From assembly GCA_002359095.1 (NCBI GenBank), contig DEQD01000035.1:17440-41439 (forward strand): 24,000 nucleotides of DNA, read 5' to 3'. The notes under the pieces were generated by a model, which saw nothing but the letters and a program-made list of their open reading frames with translations, was not told the DNA's origin and searched no databases. Shown here one piece after another: positions 10,106-18,017 of the stretch. How positions within the stretch are numbered: the first letter of the stretch is position 1; the number at the start of each line of letters is the position of its first letter. Made by a program: the position numbers and the translations under genes. Origin of the DNA: Bacillales bacterium UBA3375 (lineage in GTDB: Bacteria; Bacillota_I; Bacilli_A; UBA3375).

Positions 10106-11234
10106 TATAAGTGTTGATTGTAATTATTCAAAGTCGATAATGCATCGTATTTTGTTTTGTGCACTTTTGTCAAAATCAGTTACAACAATTAATAATGTAT
10201 CTTTTAGTGATGATGTAAAAACTACAATAGAAGTTCTTAAAAATTGTAATTGTAAAATTACTTATAATGATAATCAGATTGTTGTTGATAGTAGAGAAGT
10301 TAAATTGATTAACAATCAATTTGACTTCAATCAATCAGGTACTACGTTGCGTTTTAGTATACCAGTAATTATTTATCTATTTGGTGAAATTAAATATAGT
10401 GGGGAAGAAGTATTAATGACTAGACCACTAGATATTTATGAGCGAATATTTGATGCCAAAATAGAGGGTAAAAATGGTATAATAAAAGGCGGTTATGTAT
10501 TAGATGAGTACATAATTGAGGATAATAAATCCTCTCAATGTATAAGTGGTTTATTATTTGTTTTACCACTTCTTGGATTTGATACAAAAATCGTGATTAA
10601 AGATAAAGTTTCTTATAATTATATATTAATGACGATTAATGTATTAAAAACATTTGGCATCAACATTATAGTTGAAAATAATATTATCTATATAAAAGGT
10701 AATCAAGAATATAAGCAAAACATAGAGATTGATAATGAGGTAGATGAAAGTAGTCTTAGCTACTTAAGAGCTCTTAATTTTGTTGGTTGTAATATTAAAT
10801 ATAAAGAAAATATTGAAACATTACAACCAGATCATTGTTTAGTAGATATACTAAAAAATCAACCGCAAGTTATAGATTGTAACAATTGTCCGGATTTAGT
10901 ACCGACATTAGTATTTGTGTGCAATTATTTTGATAAGCCAACGACATTGGTTGGAATAGATAGATTGAAATATAAAGAATCTAATCGCCTAGAAGCGATA
11001 ATTAATGTGGGTGAAAAATTAGGACTTAATTTAAAATATAAAAATGATAGTTTAGTGATTACTCCAAATAATAATTTAAAAGCTTGTAGTGTTAGTAGTT
11101 ATAATGATCATCGGATTGCATTGATGGAAATATTATTTTCAACCAAAGTTAATGTTGATATTGATAATATAGAGGTCATTGATAAGTCTTATCCTGAGTT
11201 CTTAGCAGTGATTAAAAGACAAGGAGATTTATGA
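10086..11234 (+). CDS. aroA: 3-phosphoshikimate 1-carboxyvinyltransferase (EPSP synthase), divergent/compact
   Basis: SKSIMHR, QSGTTLRF, EEVLMTRPLD, SSQCISGLLFVLPL, DCNNCPDLVPTLVF, KYKESNRLEA, YNDHRIALMEI. Confidence 0.86.
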   Translation: MKLDLNNISVDCNYSKSIMHRILFCALLSKSVTTINNVSFSDDVKTTIEVLKNCNCKITYNDNQIVVDSREVKLINNQFDFNQSGTTLRFSIPVIIYLFGEIKYSGEEVLMTRPLDIYERIFDAKIEGKNGIIKGGYVLDEYIIEDNKSSQCISGLLFVLPLLGFDTKIVIKDKVSYNYILMTINVLKTFGINIIVENNIIYIKGNQEYKQNIEIDNEVDESSLSYLRALNFVGCNIKYKENIETLQPDHCLVDILKNQPQVIDCNNCPDLVPTLVFVCNYFDKPTTLVGIDRLKYKESNRLEAIINVGEKLGLNLKYKNDSLVITPNNNLKACSVSSYNDHRIALMEILFSTKVNVDIDNIEVIDKSYPEFLAVIKRQGDL

Positions 11235-12184
11235 GAAAATTCTTAAGTGGAGTGCCGATTCCAATGGCTGGTGTTGCTTTAGGGTTTACGGTACTAGGAA
11301 ACTTATTAAATGATTATTCAACTTATCTACGAACAGCATGTGGATGTATTGCTGGAGCAATAATCATTTTAGTATTAATGAAATTTATATTTTGTTTTAA
11401 ACAAGTACGAGAAGATTTTAAAAATCCAATCATTGTTAGTGTAAGTGCAACTATTTATATGGCATTTATGCAACTTGCTGTTTACTTAAATGGTTTAACA
11501 TTTATACCAAACATTTACATGATTAGTAAAACGTTATGGTTTATAGGTGTTATTATGCACTGTATAGTCATAGTATATTTTACTTATAAACTAATAGCTG
11601 AATTAAAATTACACCATGTATATCCAACCTACTTTGTAACATATGTAGGAATTGTTGTAGCTAGTGTTACAGCACCAACATTTGGAGAACAACAATTAGG
11701 TAATTATATTTTCTGGTTTGGTTTATGTGCTTATATTGCTGTATTTTTATTAGTTAGTTATCGTTACTTGCGTCATGAAGTAGAAGAAGCTTCAAAACCT
11801 TTATTTGCCATTTATACAGCACCAATGTCATTATCTATTGTTGGTTATTTAACAATTTCAAGTAATCCAGATCCAATGTTTATGTTAACGATGGAAGTAC
11901 TTGCTCAAATTTTATATATTGTAGTATTATTCCAAATACCTAAAATTATCAAATTACCTTTCTATCCATCATATGCAGCACTAACTTTCCCTATGTGTAT
12001 TACACCGTTTGCATTGTTAAAAACAATTTCGTTTTTTGAACAAAACTTTTCAGCAAACGTATCGGGAATTGTAGCTTTAATTTATGTAATGGAATTAACA
12101 ATTGCAATTTTAATAGTTGGTTATGTATTTAATCATTATCTTAAATTCTTATTTAACAACTTTAAAAAATCAATGAAAAAATAA
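11231..12184 (+). CDS. TDT (tellurite-resistance/dicarboxylate transporter, SLAC1-like) family membrane protein
   Basis: Start SGVPIPMAGVALGFTVLGNLL and a run of about 10 hydrophobic segments. Confidence 0.72.
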   Translation: MRKFLSGVPIPMAGVALGFTVLGNLLNDYSTYLRTACGCIAGAIIILVLMKFIFCFKQVREDFKNPIIVSVSATIYMAFMQLAVYLNGLTFIPNIYMISKTLWFIGVIMHCIVIVYFTYKLIAELKLHHVYPTYFVTYVGIVVASVTAPTFGEQQLGNYIFWFGLCAYIAVFLLVSYRYLRHEVEEASKPLFAIYTAPMSLSIVGYLTISSNPDPMFMLTMEVLAQILYIVVLFQIPKIIKLPFYPSYAALTFPMCITPFALLKTISFFEQNFSANVSGIVALIYVMELTIAILIVGYVFNHYLKFLFNNFKKSMKK

Positions 12185-12191
12185 TAAAAAT

Positions 12192-12219
12192 AAGTCCGAT
12201 TTTAATCGGACTTTTTTAA
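12192..12219. terminator. Bidirectional intrinsic terminator at the end of array 1 and of the antisense tRNA-His
   Basis: Perfect 9-bp stem AAGTCCGAT / ATCGGACTT with loop TTTA, followed by a T-run and preceded by an A-run. Confidence 0.88.
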
Positions 12220-12231
12220 TTTTAAAAAAAA

Positions 12232-12308
12232 TGGGGCGTTTGACGGGGTTCGAACCCGCGCATGCCGGAACCACAATCCGGAGTGTTAACCACTTCACCA
12301 CAAACGCC
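12232..12308 (-). tRNA. tRNA-His (anticodon GTG), with G-1 and encoded CCA
   Basis: Minus strand GGCGTTTGTGGTGAAGTGGTTAACACTCCGGATTGTGGTTCCGGCATGCGCGGGTTCGAACCCCGTCAAACGCCCCA. Acceptor GCGTTTG/CAAACGC, G-1:C73, anticodon loop TTGTGGT, T loop GGTTCGAA. Confidence 0.96.
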
Positions 12309-12326
12309 GTATATAACAACATTATT

Positions 12327-12356
12327 ATTATATCATAAAGATTTTTTTATTGTCAT
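12327..12356 (-). promoter_or_regulatory. Likely sigmaA-type promoter for tRNA-His
   Basis: On the minus strand, ATGACA (-35), 18 nt spacer, TATAAT (-10) preceded by TG (extended -10), about 19 nt upstream of the tRNA 5' end. Confidence 0.6.
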
Positions 12357-12381
12357 AATATATGAAATATTTGCTATATTG

Positions 12382-12390
12382 TGCTAAAAT
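12382..12390 (+). promoter_or_regulatory. Candidate extended -10 promoter of the APC permease gene
   Basis: TGC-TAAAAT about 22 nt upstream of the permease start. No convincing -35. Confidence 0.4.
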
Positions 12391-12411
12391 AAAGCATATT
12401 GAAAGGATTAT

Positions 12412-13770
12412 ATGGAAAAAAAGATTACTAGAATGCAAGCATTTATGACAGCAGTCGGAATTATGATTGGTGTTGGTATCTACTTTAAAGCTGATGATAT
12501 TTTATTGAAAACAAATGGTAATTTTGCCCTATCAATGTTAATTTGGGCAATTATTTGTATTGGTTTTGTTCTTTCAGGAATTGCAGCCACAGCTATTGCT
12601 CAACATGCAAATCCTGAAGGGGGACTAGTAGGATACTATGAACAATTCTTTAGTAAAAAGCTAGGATTTGTTGTTGGATGGTTTCAACTATGTGTGTATA
12701 CTCCAGTAATGATATCAGTACTAGCAAGTGTTGTTATTAACTATTTTTCAACAATAATTGGAATTAACCCAACTCAAGAAGTTAAATTATTTATGGGGAT
12801 TGGATTAATTTTAATCGTTACTTTTTGGAATTACTTATCTACAAAATTAGCTACTCTAATTTCGGTTAGTGCAACATCACTAAAAGTAATTCCATTAATT
12901 CTTATATCAATCTATGGGTTATTCTTTGGAAATTATGAGTCTATTAATTTAGCAACAAGTAGTCAACATGCGATAACAACGACAACGATGTTAGCACCGT
13001 TTATTGCTATTGCTTTTATGTTTGATGGATGGATTAATGTATCAAGTTTAGCAGTAGATATGAAAAATCCTAAAAAAGATTTACCGATTGTGTATACTGC
13101 TAGTATTATTGCTGTTTGTATTGTTTATGTAGTTTACTTTGTTGGTGTTAACTTGTTATTACCTACAGAGCAAATTATGAATTTAGGTAATGATTATCTA
13201 TTTACAATCTTTAATCAAATGTTTGGAGTAGGAGCAGCCAAGTTTGTATTAGTGTTTGTGGTAGTATCAGGTATTGGTACTCTTAATGCGATCTTTATGT
13301 CAGGAAATAGATATATTGAGAAATTAGCAGATGATAACTTAATGTTTTGCTCTAATTTCTTTAAAAAAAGAACAAAACAAGATACTCCATTTAATGCAAG
13401 TATCTTAACCGTTGTCTTTACTATTATCACTTTTGTTATTTTATACTTACAATCGACTAGATTTAGTATTAATGGTTATGAAGTATTTAATGGTATTTTA
13501 TTAGAAGATGCTGTTGTAGCAATTTCTTCTACAATTACTGGTTTAGTTTTTTTAATCAACTTTAAGTTATATAAACAAGGTAAATTAAAAATGGGTAAAG
13601 GTATTATTATTCCAGCTATTGCTTTGATTTTCCATTTATTAATTCTTTTTAGTTTTTTAATTTGTTCGGAAAACATTATTAATAGTGTCGGAAGTATTAT
13701 ATTAATCGGATTAATTATCTTAGTAGGATTGTTCATTAATCGTAAAGAATTAAAGAAATTTAGTAAATAA
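12412..13770 (+). CDS. APC-superfamily amino acid permease
   Basis: ITRMQAFMTAVGIMIGVGIYFKADDIL start, FDGWINVSSLAVDMKNPKKDLP, about 12 hydrophobic segments. Confidence 0.85.
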   Translation: MEKKITRMQAFMTAVGIMIGVGIYFKADDILLKTNGNFALSMLIWAIICIGFVLSGIAATAIAQHANPEGGLVGYYEQFFSKKLGFVVGWFQLCVYTPVMISVLASVVINYFSTIIGINPTQEVKLFMGIGLILIVTFWNYLSTKLATLISVSATSLKVIPLILISIYGLFFGNYESINLATSSQHAITTTTMLAPFIAIAFMFDGWINVSSLAVDMKNPKKDLPIVYTASIIAVCIVYVVYFVGVNLLLPTEQIMNLGNDYLFTIFNQMFGVGAAKFVLVFVVVSGIGTLNAIFMSGNRYIEKLADDNLMFCSNFFKKRTKQDTPFNASILTVVFTIITFVILYLQSTRFSINGYEVFNGILLEDAVVAISSTITGLVFLINFKLYKQGKLKMGKGIIIPAIALIFHLLILFSFLICSENIINSVGSIILIGLIILVGLFINRKELKKFSK

Positions 13771-13774
13771 TTAT

Positions 13775-13807
13775 AAGGCAATCGTTAAGATTGCCTTTAT
13801 TTTTTGA
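13775..13807 (+). terminator. Intrinsic terminator of the APC permease gene
   Basis: Stem AAGGCAATC / GATTGCCTT, loop GTTAA, then TATTTTTTT. Confidence 0.87.
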
Positions 13808-13843
13808 CTAAATGTAGAAAAAACAACAAAATTAAATATTATG

Positions 13844-13871
13844 TGCTATAATATTTATGAAATCGTTTTCA
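13844..13871 (+). promoter_or_regulatory. Extended -10 promoter plus cre site controlling the PTS gene
   Basis: TGC-TATAAT at 13844-13852. TGAAATCGTTTTCA at 13858-13871 matches every position of the Bacillus-type consensus TGWNANCGNTNWCA and overlaps the predicted +1. Confidence 0.72.
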
Positions 13872-13889
13872 TAGATAGAAAGGACATGC

Positions 13890-15761
13890 ATGAAAGGTTT
13901 AAAATCGTTTTTCTCTAAAGCTGGACAAGCATTTATGCTACCAATAGCATTATTACCAGCAGCAGGGATGTTACTTGGTATTGGAGATTCGTTTACTAAT
14001 GAAACATTTTTAGAACAATACCCTAATTTAATTTTCCTTCAACAAGGTAACTTAGGATACAACATCTTAAAAGTTATGTCTGTTGCAGGAAATATAATTT
14101 TTGCTAACTTACCATTGTTATTTGCAGTTGGGTTAGCGATTGGTTTTGCAAGAAAGGAAAAAGGTGCAGCAGCTCTATCTGCAATTATTGGTTACTTTGT
14201 AATGTTAGTAGTAGCAGCAGAAGTGTTAAGAATGCTAAATTATGATCCTAATATCTTTAATTTAGGGTTCTTAGATTCAGGACTTCAAGCTCAAACTAAT
14301 GATTATATATCAGCACTAATTAATTCTACTTATGGAATTGAAGGTGGAATGATTCCAATTGAAACAGTAATGAATATTCAATCGGCTAGTGATGCAGCTA
14401 GTGTTGGAATGATTGATGTTATGAGTATTGATGGAACTCAATTTATTCAAAGTGTTGATGGTGGTATGTTATATGAAACATTACAAGAGATGCCTCTTGT
14501 AGATGGTCAAATTACATTATTACATCAACCAGGAGCGTTAACTAATACGCTAAATATTGATAATACATTAAGTATGGGGGTATTTGGTGCAATTCTATCA
14601 GGGTTAGTTACAGTGTATCTTCATAATAAATTTATTGATACTGAATTACCTTCAGTATTAGGTTTCTTTGGAGGACCTCGTTTAATTCCGATTTTAGCAG
14701 CTCTTGCTGGAATCCTATTAGGTTCAATTTGTGCCTTTGTATGGCCATTAATTGGAACTGGTCTTAGTATGTTAGGTGAGTTTATCTCAGGTCTTGGTCC
14801 TACTGGTTCATTATTATTTGGTTTAATTGAACGAAGTTTAATTCCATTTGGATTACACCATGTATTCTATACTCCGCTGTGGCAAACAGCTGTTGGTGGT
14901 AGTGCAGAAATTTCCATTAATGGAGTAGAAGAAATATTCTACGGAACACAAAATATGTTCTTTGGGTACTTAGAGGCTGGTGATTTAGAAAACTATACTT
15001 CAACTAACTTTATGAGTGGTAAATATCCATTTATGATTTTTGGATTACCAGGAGCAGCACTAGCTATGTATAGTGTGGCAAAAGATAAAAACAAAAAAGT
15101 AGTTGGAGGAATGTTATTATCTGTAGCAATTACTTCAATGCTTACAGGTATTACAGAACCATTAGAATTTACATTCTTATTCTTAGCTCCAATTTTATAT
15201 TATGGAGTACACGTACCTCTAGCAGGTTTATCATTTATGTTAATGGACCTACTAGGTGTTAAGATTGGGATGACATTTAGTGGAGGTTTAATTGACTATA
15301 CTATGTTTGGTATTATTCCTCAAGTTACAGGTCAAGATGTACATGCTTGGAATGTAATTTTAGTAGGTATCCCTTACTTCTTTATTTACTTCTTATTATT
15401 TAGATTCTTAATCATAAAATTAGATGTTAAAACTCCGGGTAGAGGTGATGATTTAACACTAAAAACTAAAGCAGATTTTAAAGCACAACAAGAAGGTAAA
15501 AGTGAGAGTGGATTAACTGCTCAACAAGAAGGTATTGTGGAAGCTTTAGGTGGTGCTGATAACATTAAAGATTTAGATGCTTGTATTACACGTTTACGTG
15601 TAACAGTAAATGATGCTAGTAAAGTAAAAGATAATGATTATTGGGTAAATAACTTAGATGCTAAAGGATTAGTAGTACAAGGAAATGGTATCCAAGCAAT
15701 ATATGGGGCAGATGCTAAGAAACATAAATCAGCTATAGCTCAAGCTCTAGGTTTAGATTAA
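13890..15761 (+). CDS. PTS glucose/N-acetylglucosamine-type transporter subunit IICB (no IIA domain)
   Basis: MKGLKSFFSKAGQAFMLPIALLPAAGMLLGIG, GLHHVFYTPLW, TGITEPLEFTFLF, and a C-terminal IIB domain with the phosphocysteine motif DLDACITRLRV. Confidence 0.92.
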   Translation: MKGLKSFFSKAGQAFMLPIALLPAAGMLLGIGDSFTNETFLEQYPNLIFLQQGNLGYNILKVMSVAGNIIFANLPLLFAVGLAIGFARKEKGAAALSAIIGYFVMLVVAAEVLRMLNYDPNIFNLGFLDSGLQAQTNDYISALINSTYGIEGGMIPIETVMNIQSASDAASVGMIDVMSIDGTQFIQSVDGGMLYETLQEMPLVDGQITLLHQPGALTNTLNIDNTLSMGVFGAILSGLVTVYLHNKFIDTELPSVLGFFGGPRLIPILAALAGILLGSICAFVWPLIGTGLSMLGEFISGLGPTGSLLFGLIERSLIPFGLHHVFYTPLWQTAVGGSAEISINGVEEIFYGTQNMFFGYLEAGDLENYTSTNFMSGKYPFMIFGLPGAALAMYSVAKDKNKKVVGGMLLSVAITSMLTGITEPLEFTFLFLAPILYYGVHVPLAGLSFMLMDLLGVKIGMTFSGGLIDYTMFGIIPQVTGQDVHAWNVILVGIPYFFIYFLLFRFLIIKLDVKTPGRGDDLTLKTKADFKAQQEGKSESGLTAQQEGIVEALGGADNIKDLDACITRLRVTVNDASKVKDNDYWVNNLDAKGLVVQGNGIQAIYGADAKKHKSAIAQALGLD

Positions 15762-15766
15762 TAATT

Positions 15767-15803
15767 AAAAGTTCTTAGAAGTGATTTCTAAGAACTTTTT
15801 TTA
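15767..15803 (+). terminator. Intrinsic terminator of the PTS gene
   Basis: About 14-bp stem AAAAGTTCTTAGAA / TTCTAAGAACTTTT, loop GTGAT, then a T-rich tract. Confidence 0.88.
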
Positions 15804-15823
15804 TTATTAAACTAGATATAAAA

Positions 15824-15832
15824 TGCTATAAT
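15824..15832 (+). promoter_or_regulatory. Candidate extended -10 promoter of the FemABX-like gene
   Basis: TGC-TATAAT, 16 nt upstream of the ATG. Confidence 0.5.
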
Positions 15833-15848
15833 TATATTAGGTTTAATT

Positions 15849-17141
15849 ATGTTAAAAGAAATTGATGTAGAAGTTTATAATAGTTTTCTAAAACAGCTAA
15901 ATCAGCTGAATTTTTTGGGTAGTATAGAGTATTTAGAAGCTAGAAAGAAAATGGGATGGAATGGTAAAATTCTTGGTTGCTATGATGAAGATGATAATTT
16001 AATAGCAACATGTCTCCTACATTTTAAAAAGTTACCTAAAATTAACTATTATTTATATTATATTCCTCGTGGAATGATAATAGATTATAATAATGAAAAT
16101 CATTTAGCTCTATTTACTAAAGATATTAAAAAATATGTAAAAGAACATAATGGATATAGTTTACGTATTGATCCGGAATTACCTGAAGAGATTAATGGGA
16201 GTATTAATCCAATCGTTAATACATTTAAAAAGTTAGGTTATAAACACTTAGGTTTTGTTAATAACTTTGAAGGAACACAACCACGTTGTACAATAATTAA
16301 TCATTTTGATGATAAAAGTTATGAAGAAGTAAAGAAAGGTTATGAAAAACGTTGTATCAAACATATTGATAACGCGCTTCATAATGGAATAACAATTATT
16401 GAAGGTAATAAAGATGATTTAGATGAATTCATGGATATTATGAATGATACTGCAACTCGTGGTGGTTATATTACTAGAAGTAGAGAATACTTTGAAATAT
16501 TACTAGATAGTTTTAAAAAAACGATGAAGATGTATTTTGCTTATTTTGATCCTACTAAGATCAACTTAGAAGATTATCAAAATAAGCTAGCAGATATAAA
16601 AAAACAAATTAGTGATTTAGAAAATGAAAGTAAAGATGAAAATACATCGAAAAAAAGACAAAAGAAAATCAAATCAGAAATTACTACATTAAATCAAGCA
16701 TATGATAAAGTAGATAAAAATTATAAATTAGTTAAAGATATTATTAATAATTATCCGAATGGAATTAAATTATCAACAGCACTATATGTAGAAATGGATA
16801 ATAAAGCATGGTATTGGTTTGGAGGTAGTAGAACGATTTATCGTGAACTAAATCCAGTATATGCAATGTTTGATCAATATATCCAAGATATAATTGATAA
16901 AAACATTACTTATTTTGATTTTTTAGGAATTAGTGGTAATATACAAGATAGTAGTGATAAAAATTATGGGTTATATCAGTTTAAAAAATCTTTTGGCGGA
17001 GAAGTAACTAAGTTTGTTGGTGAATTTGATTTAGTTATTAATAAACCAATCTACATTGTTGCTAATAAATTACTTACATTGGCACAAAGTAGTAAAGAAA
17101 ATAAGGTATTAAAAAAATTATTACAAATAATTAATAAATAA
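15849..17141 (+). CDS. FemABX/MurM-like aminoacyltransferase (peptidoglycan interpeptide bridge or lipid II:amino acid transferase)
   Basis: FLGSIEYLEARKKMGWNGKILGCYDEDDNLIATCLL, a central charged coiled-coil insertion (DYQNKLADIKKQISDLENESK...), and C-terminal YWFGGSRTIYRELNPVYAMFDQYIQ...YFDFLGISG...GLYQFKKSFGGEVTKFVGEFDL. Confidence 0.88.
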   Translation: MLKEIDVEVYNSFLKQLNQLNFLGSIEYLEARKKMGWNGKILGCYDEDDNLIATCLLHFKKLPKINYYLYYIPRGMIIDYNNENHLALFTKDIKKYVKEHNGYSLRIDPELPEEINGSINPIVNTFKKLGYKHLGFVNNFEGTQPRCTIINHFDDKSYEEVKKGYEKRCIKHIDNALHNGITIIEGNKDDLDEFMDIMNDTATRGGYITRSREYFEILLDSFKKTMKMYFAYFDPTKINLEDYQNKLADIKKQISDLENESKDENTSKKRQKKIKSEITTLNQAYDKVDKNYKLVKDIINNYPNGIKLSTALYVEMDNKAWYWFGGSRTIYRELNPVYAMFDQYIQDIIDKNITYFDFLGISGNIQDSSDKNYGLYQFKKSFGGEVTKFVGEFDLVINKPIYIVANKLLTLAQSSKENKVLKKLLQIINK

Positions 17142-17148
17142 GTAATTT

Positions 17149-17157
17149 TGGTATAAT
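17149..17157 (+). promoter_or_regulatory. Candidate extended -10 promoter of the efp array
   Basis: TGG-TATAAT, 21 nt upstream of the efp ATG. Confidence 0.45.
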
Positions 17158-17178
17158 AAAATAAGCTTAGGAGATATT

Positions 17179-17742
17179 ATGATTACAGTAAATGATATTA
17201 AAAATGGATTAACAATTAAGTATAATAATACTTTATACATGGTATTAGAATTTCAACACGTAAAACCTGGTAAAGGTAGTGCATTTGTACGTACAAAAAT
17301 GCGTAATTTAGAAACAGGAGCTATCCAAGATATTACATTTAGTAATACTAGTGAAAAAATTGAAAAAGCTCACATTGATAAAAAAGAAATGCAATATTTA
17401 TACAATGAAGGTGAAACTTACTACTTCATGGATATGGAAACATATGATCAAATGGAGATTGATAAAAAAATTATTGAACACAGTTTAAAATTCTTAAAAG
17501 AAAATATGAATGTTACAGTAATTTTAAACGAAGGTCGTATTTTAGATGTAGTATTACCTGAAAAAATTGTATTAGAAGTAACTGAAGCAGAACCAGCTAT
17601 TAAAGGTGATACAAAAAGCGGTGGAGATAAATTAGCTAAAGTTGAAACTGGTTATGAGTTACGTGTACCATTATTTATTGAAGCAGGAGAACGTATTGTA
17701 ATTAATACTTCAACTGGTGAGTATGTAAGTCGTGAAAAATAA
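17179..17742 (+). CDS. efp: Elongation factor P
   Basis: MITVNDIKNGLTI, FQHVKPGKGSAFVRTKMRNLETG, VTEAEPAIKGDT, VPLFIEAGERIVINTSTGEYVSR. Confidence 0.96.
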   Translation: MITVNDIKNGLTIKYNNTLYMVLEFQHVKPGKGSAFVRTKMRNLETGAIQDITFSNTSEKIEKAHIDKKEMQYLYNEGETYYFMDMETYDQMEIDKKIIEHSLKFLKENMNVTVILNEGRILDVVLPEKIVLEVTEAEPAIKGDTKSGGDKLAKVETGYELRVPLFIEAGERIVINTSTGEYVSREK

Positions 17743-17750
17743 GGAGCAAG

Positions 17751-18017
17751 ATGAATTTAATTGCTAGAAACCTAAATGGTCGTATTTATGTTAAAAACTT
17801 TGAAATAGAAAAAAATGTTTATTTATTTATCAAAGAATTTTATCCACATGTTAAATGTTATGCTATTGAGTATAAAGATAATGTATTAGATATTTATATT
17901 AAAGCAAGTGCTGTTAATAGTGATAAATATCTAGATAACTTCCAAAGAGAAATAGAAACTTACTTTAATGAAAAAGTAGGTATATATTTTAAAAACATTA
18001 ATATTAATATTAAATAA
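17751..18017 (+). CDS. Hypothetical small protein (88 aa) in the position often held by an Asp23/Gls24-family gene
   Basis: ORF starts 9 nt after efp and its stop overlaps the nusB start. No recognisable motif. Confidence 0.55.
   Translation: MNLIARNLNGRIYVKNFEIEKNVYLFIKEFYPHVKCYAIEYKDNVLDIYIKASAVNSDKYLDNFQREIETYFNEKVGIYFKNININIK

Noticed and set aside
13215-13430. Minus-strand ORF of 71 aa
   Set aside because: Antisense to the APC permease CDS, low-complexity N/T repeats, no support.
13476-13781. Minus-strand ORF of 101 aa
   Set aside because: Antisense to the permease 3' end and begins across the terminator side. Its Ile/Pro/Lys-rich composition is a shadow of TM coding sequence.
13804-13809. 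TTGACT as the -35 box of the PTS promoter
   Set aside because: It is 37 nt from the TATAAT at 13847, far beyond a normal 16-18 nt spacer, and it immediately follows the T-tract of the upstream terminator.
16610-16720. Charged K/E/D-rich segment in the FemABX-like protein as a novel insertion
   Set aside because: FemA-type proteins commonly carry a coiled-coil arm at this position, so it is expected.
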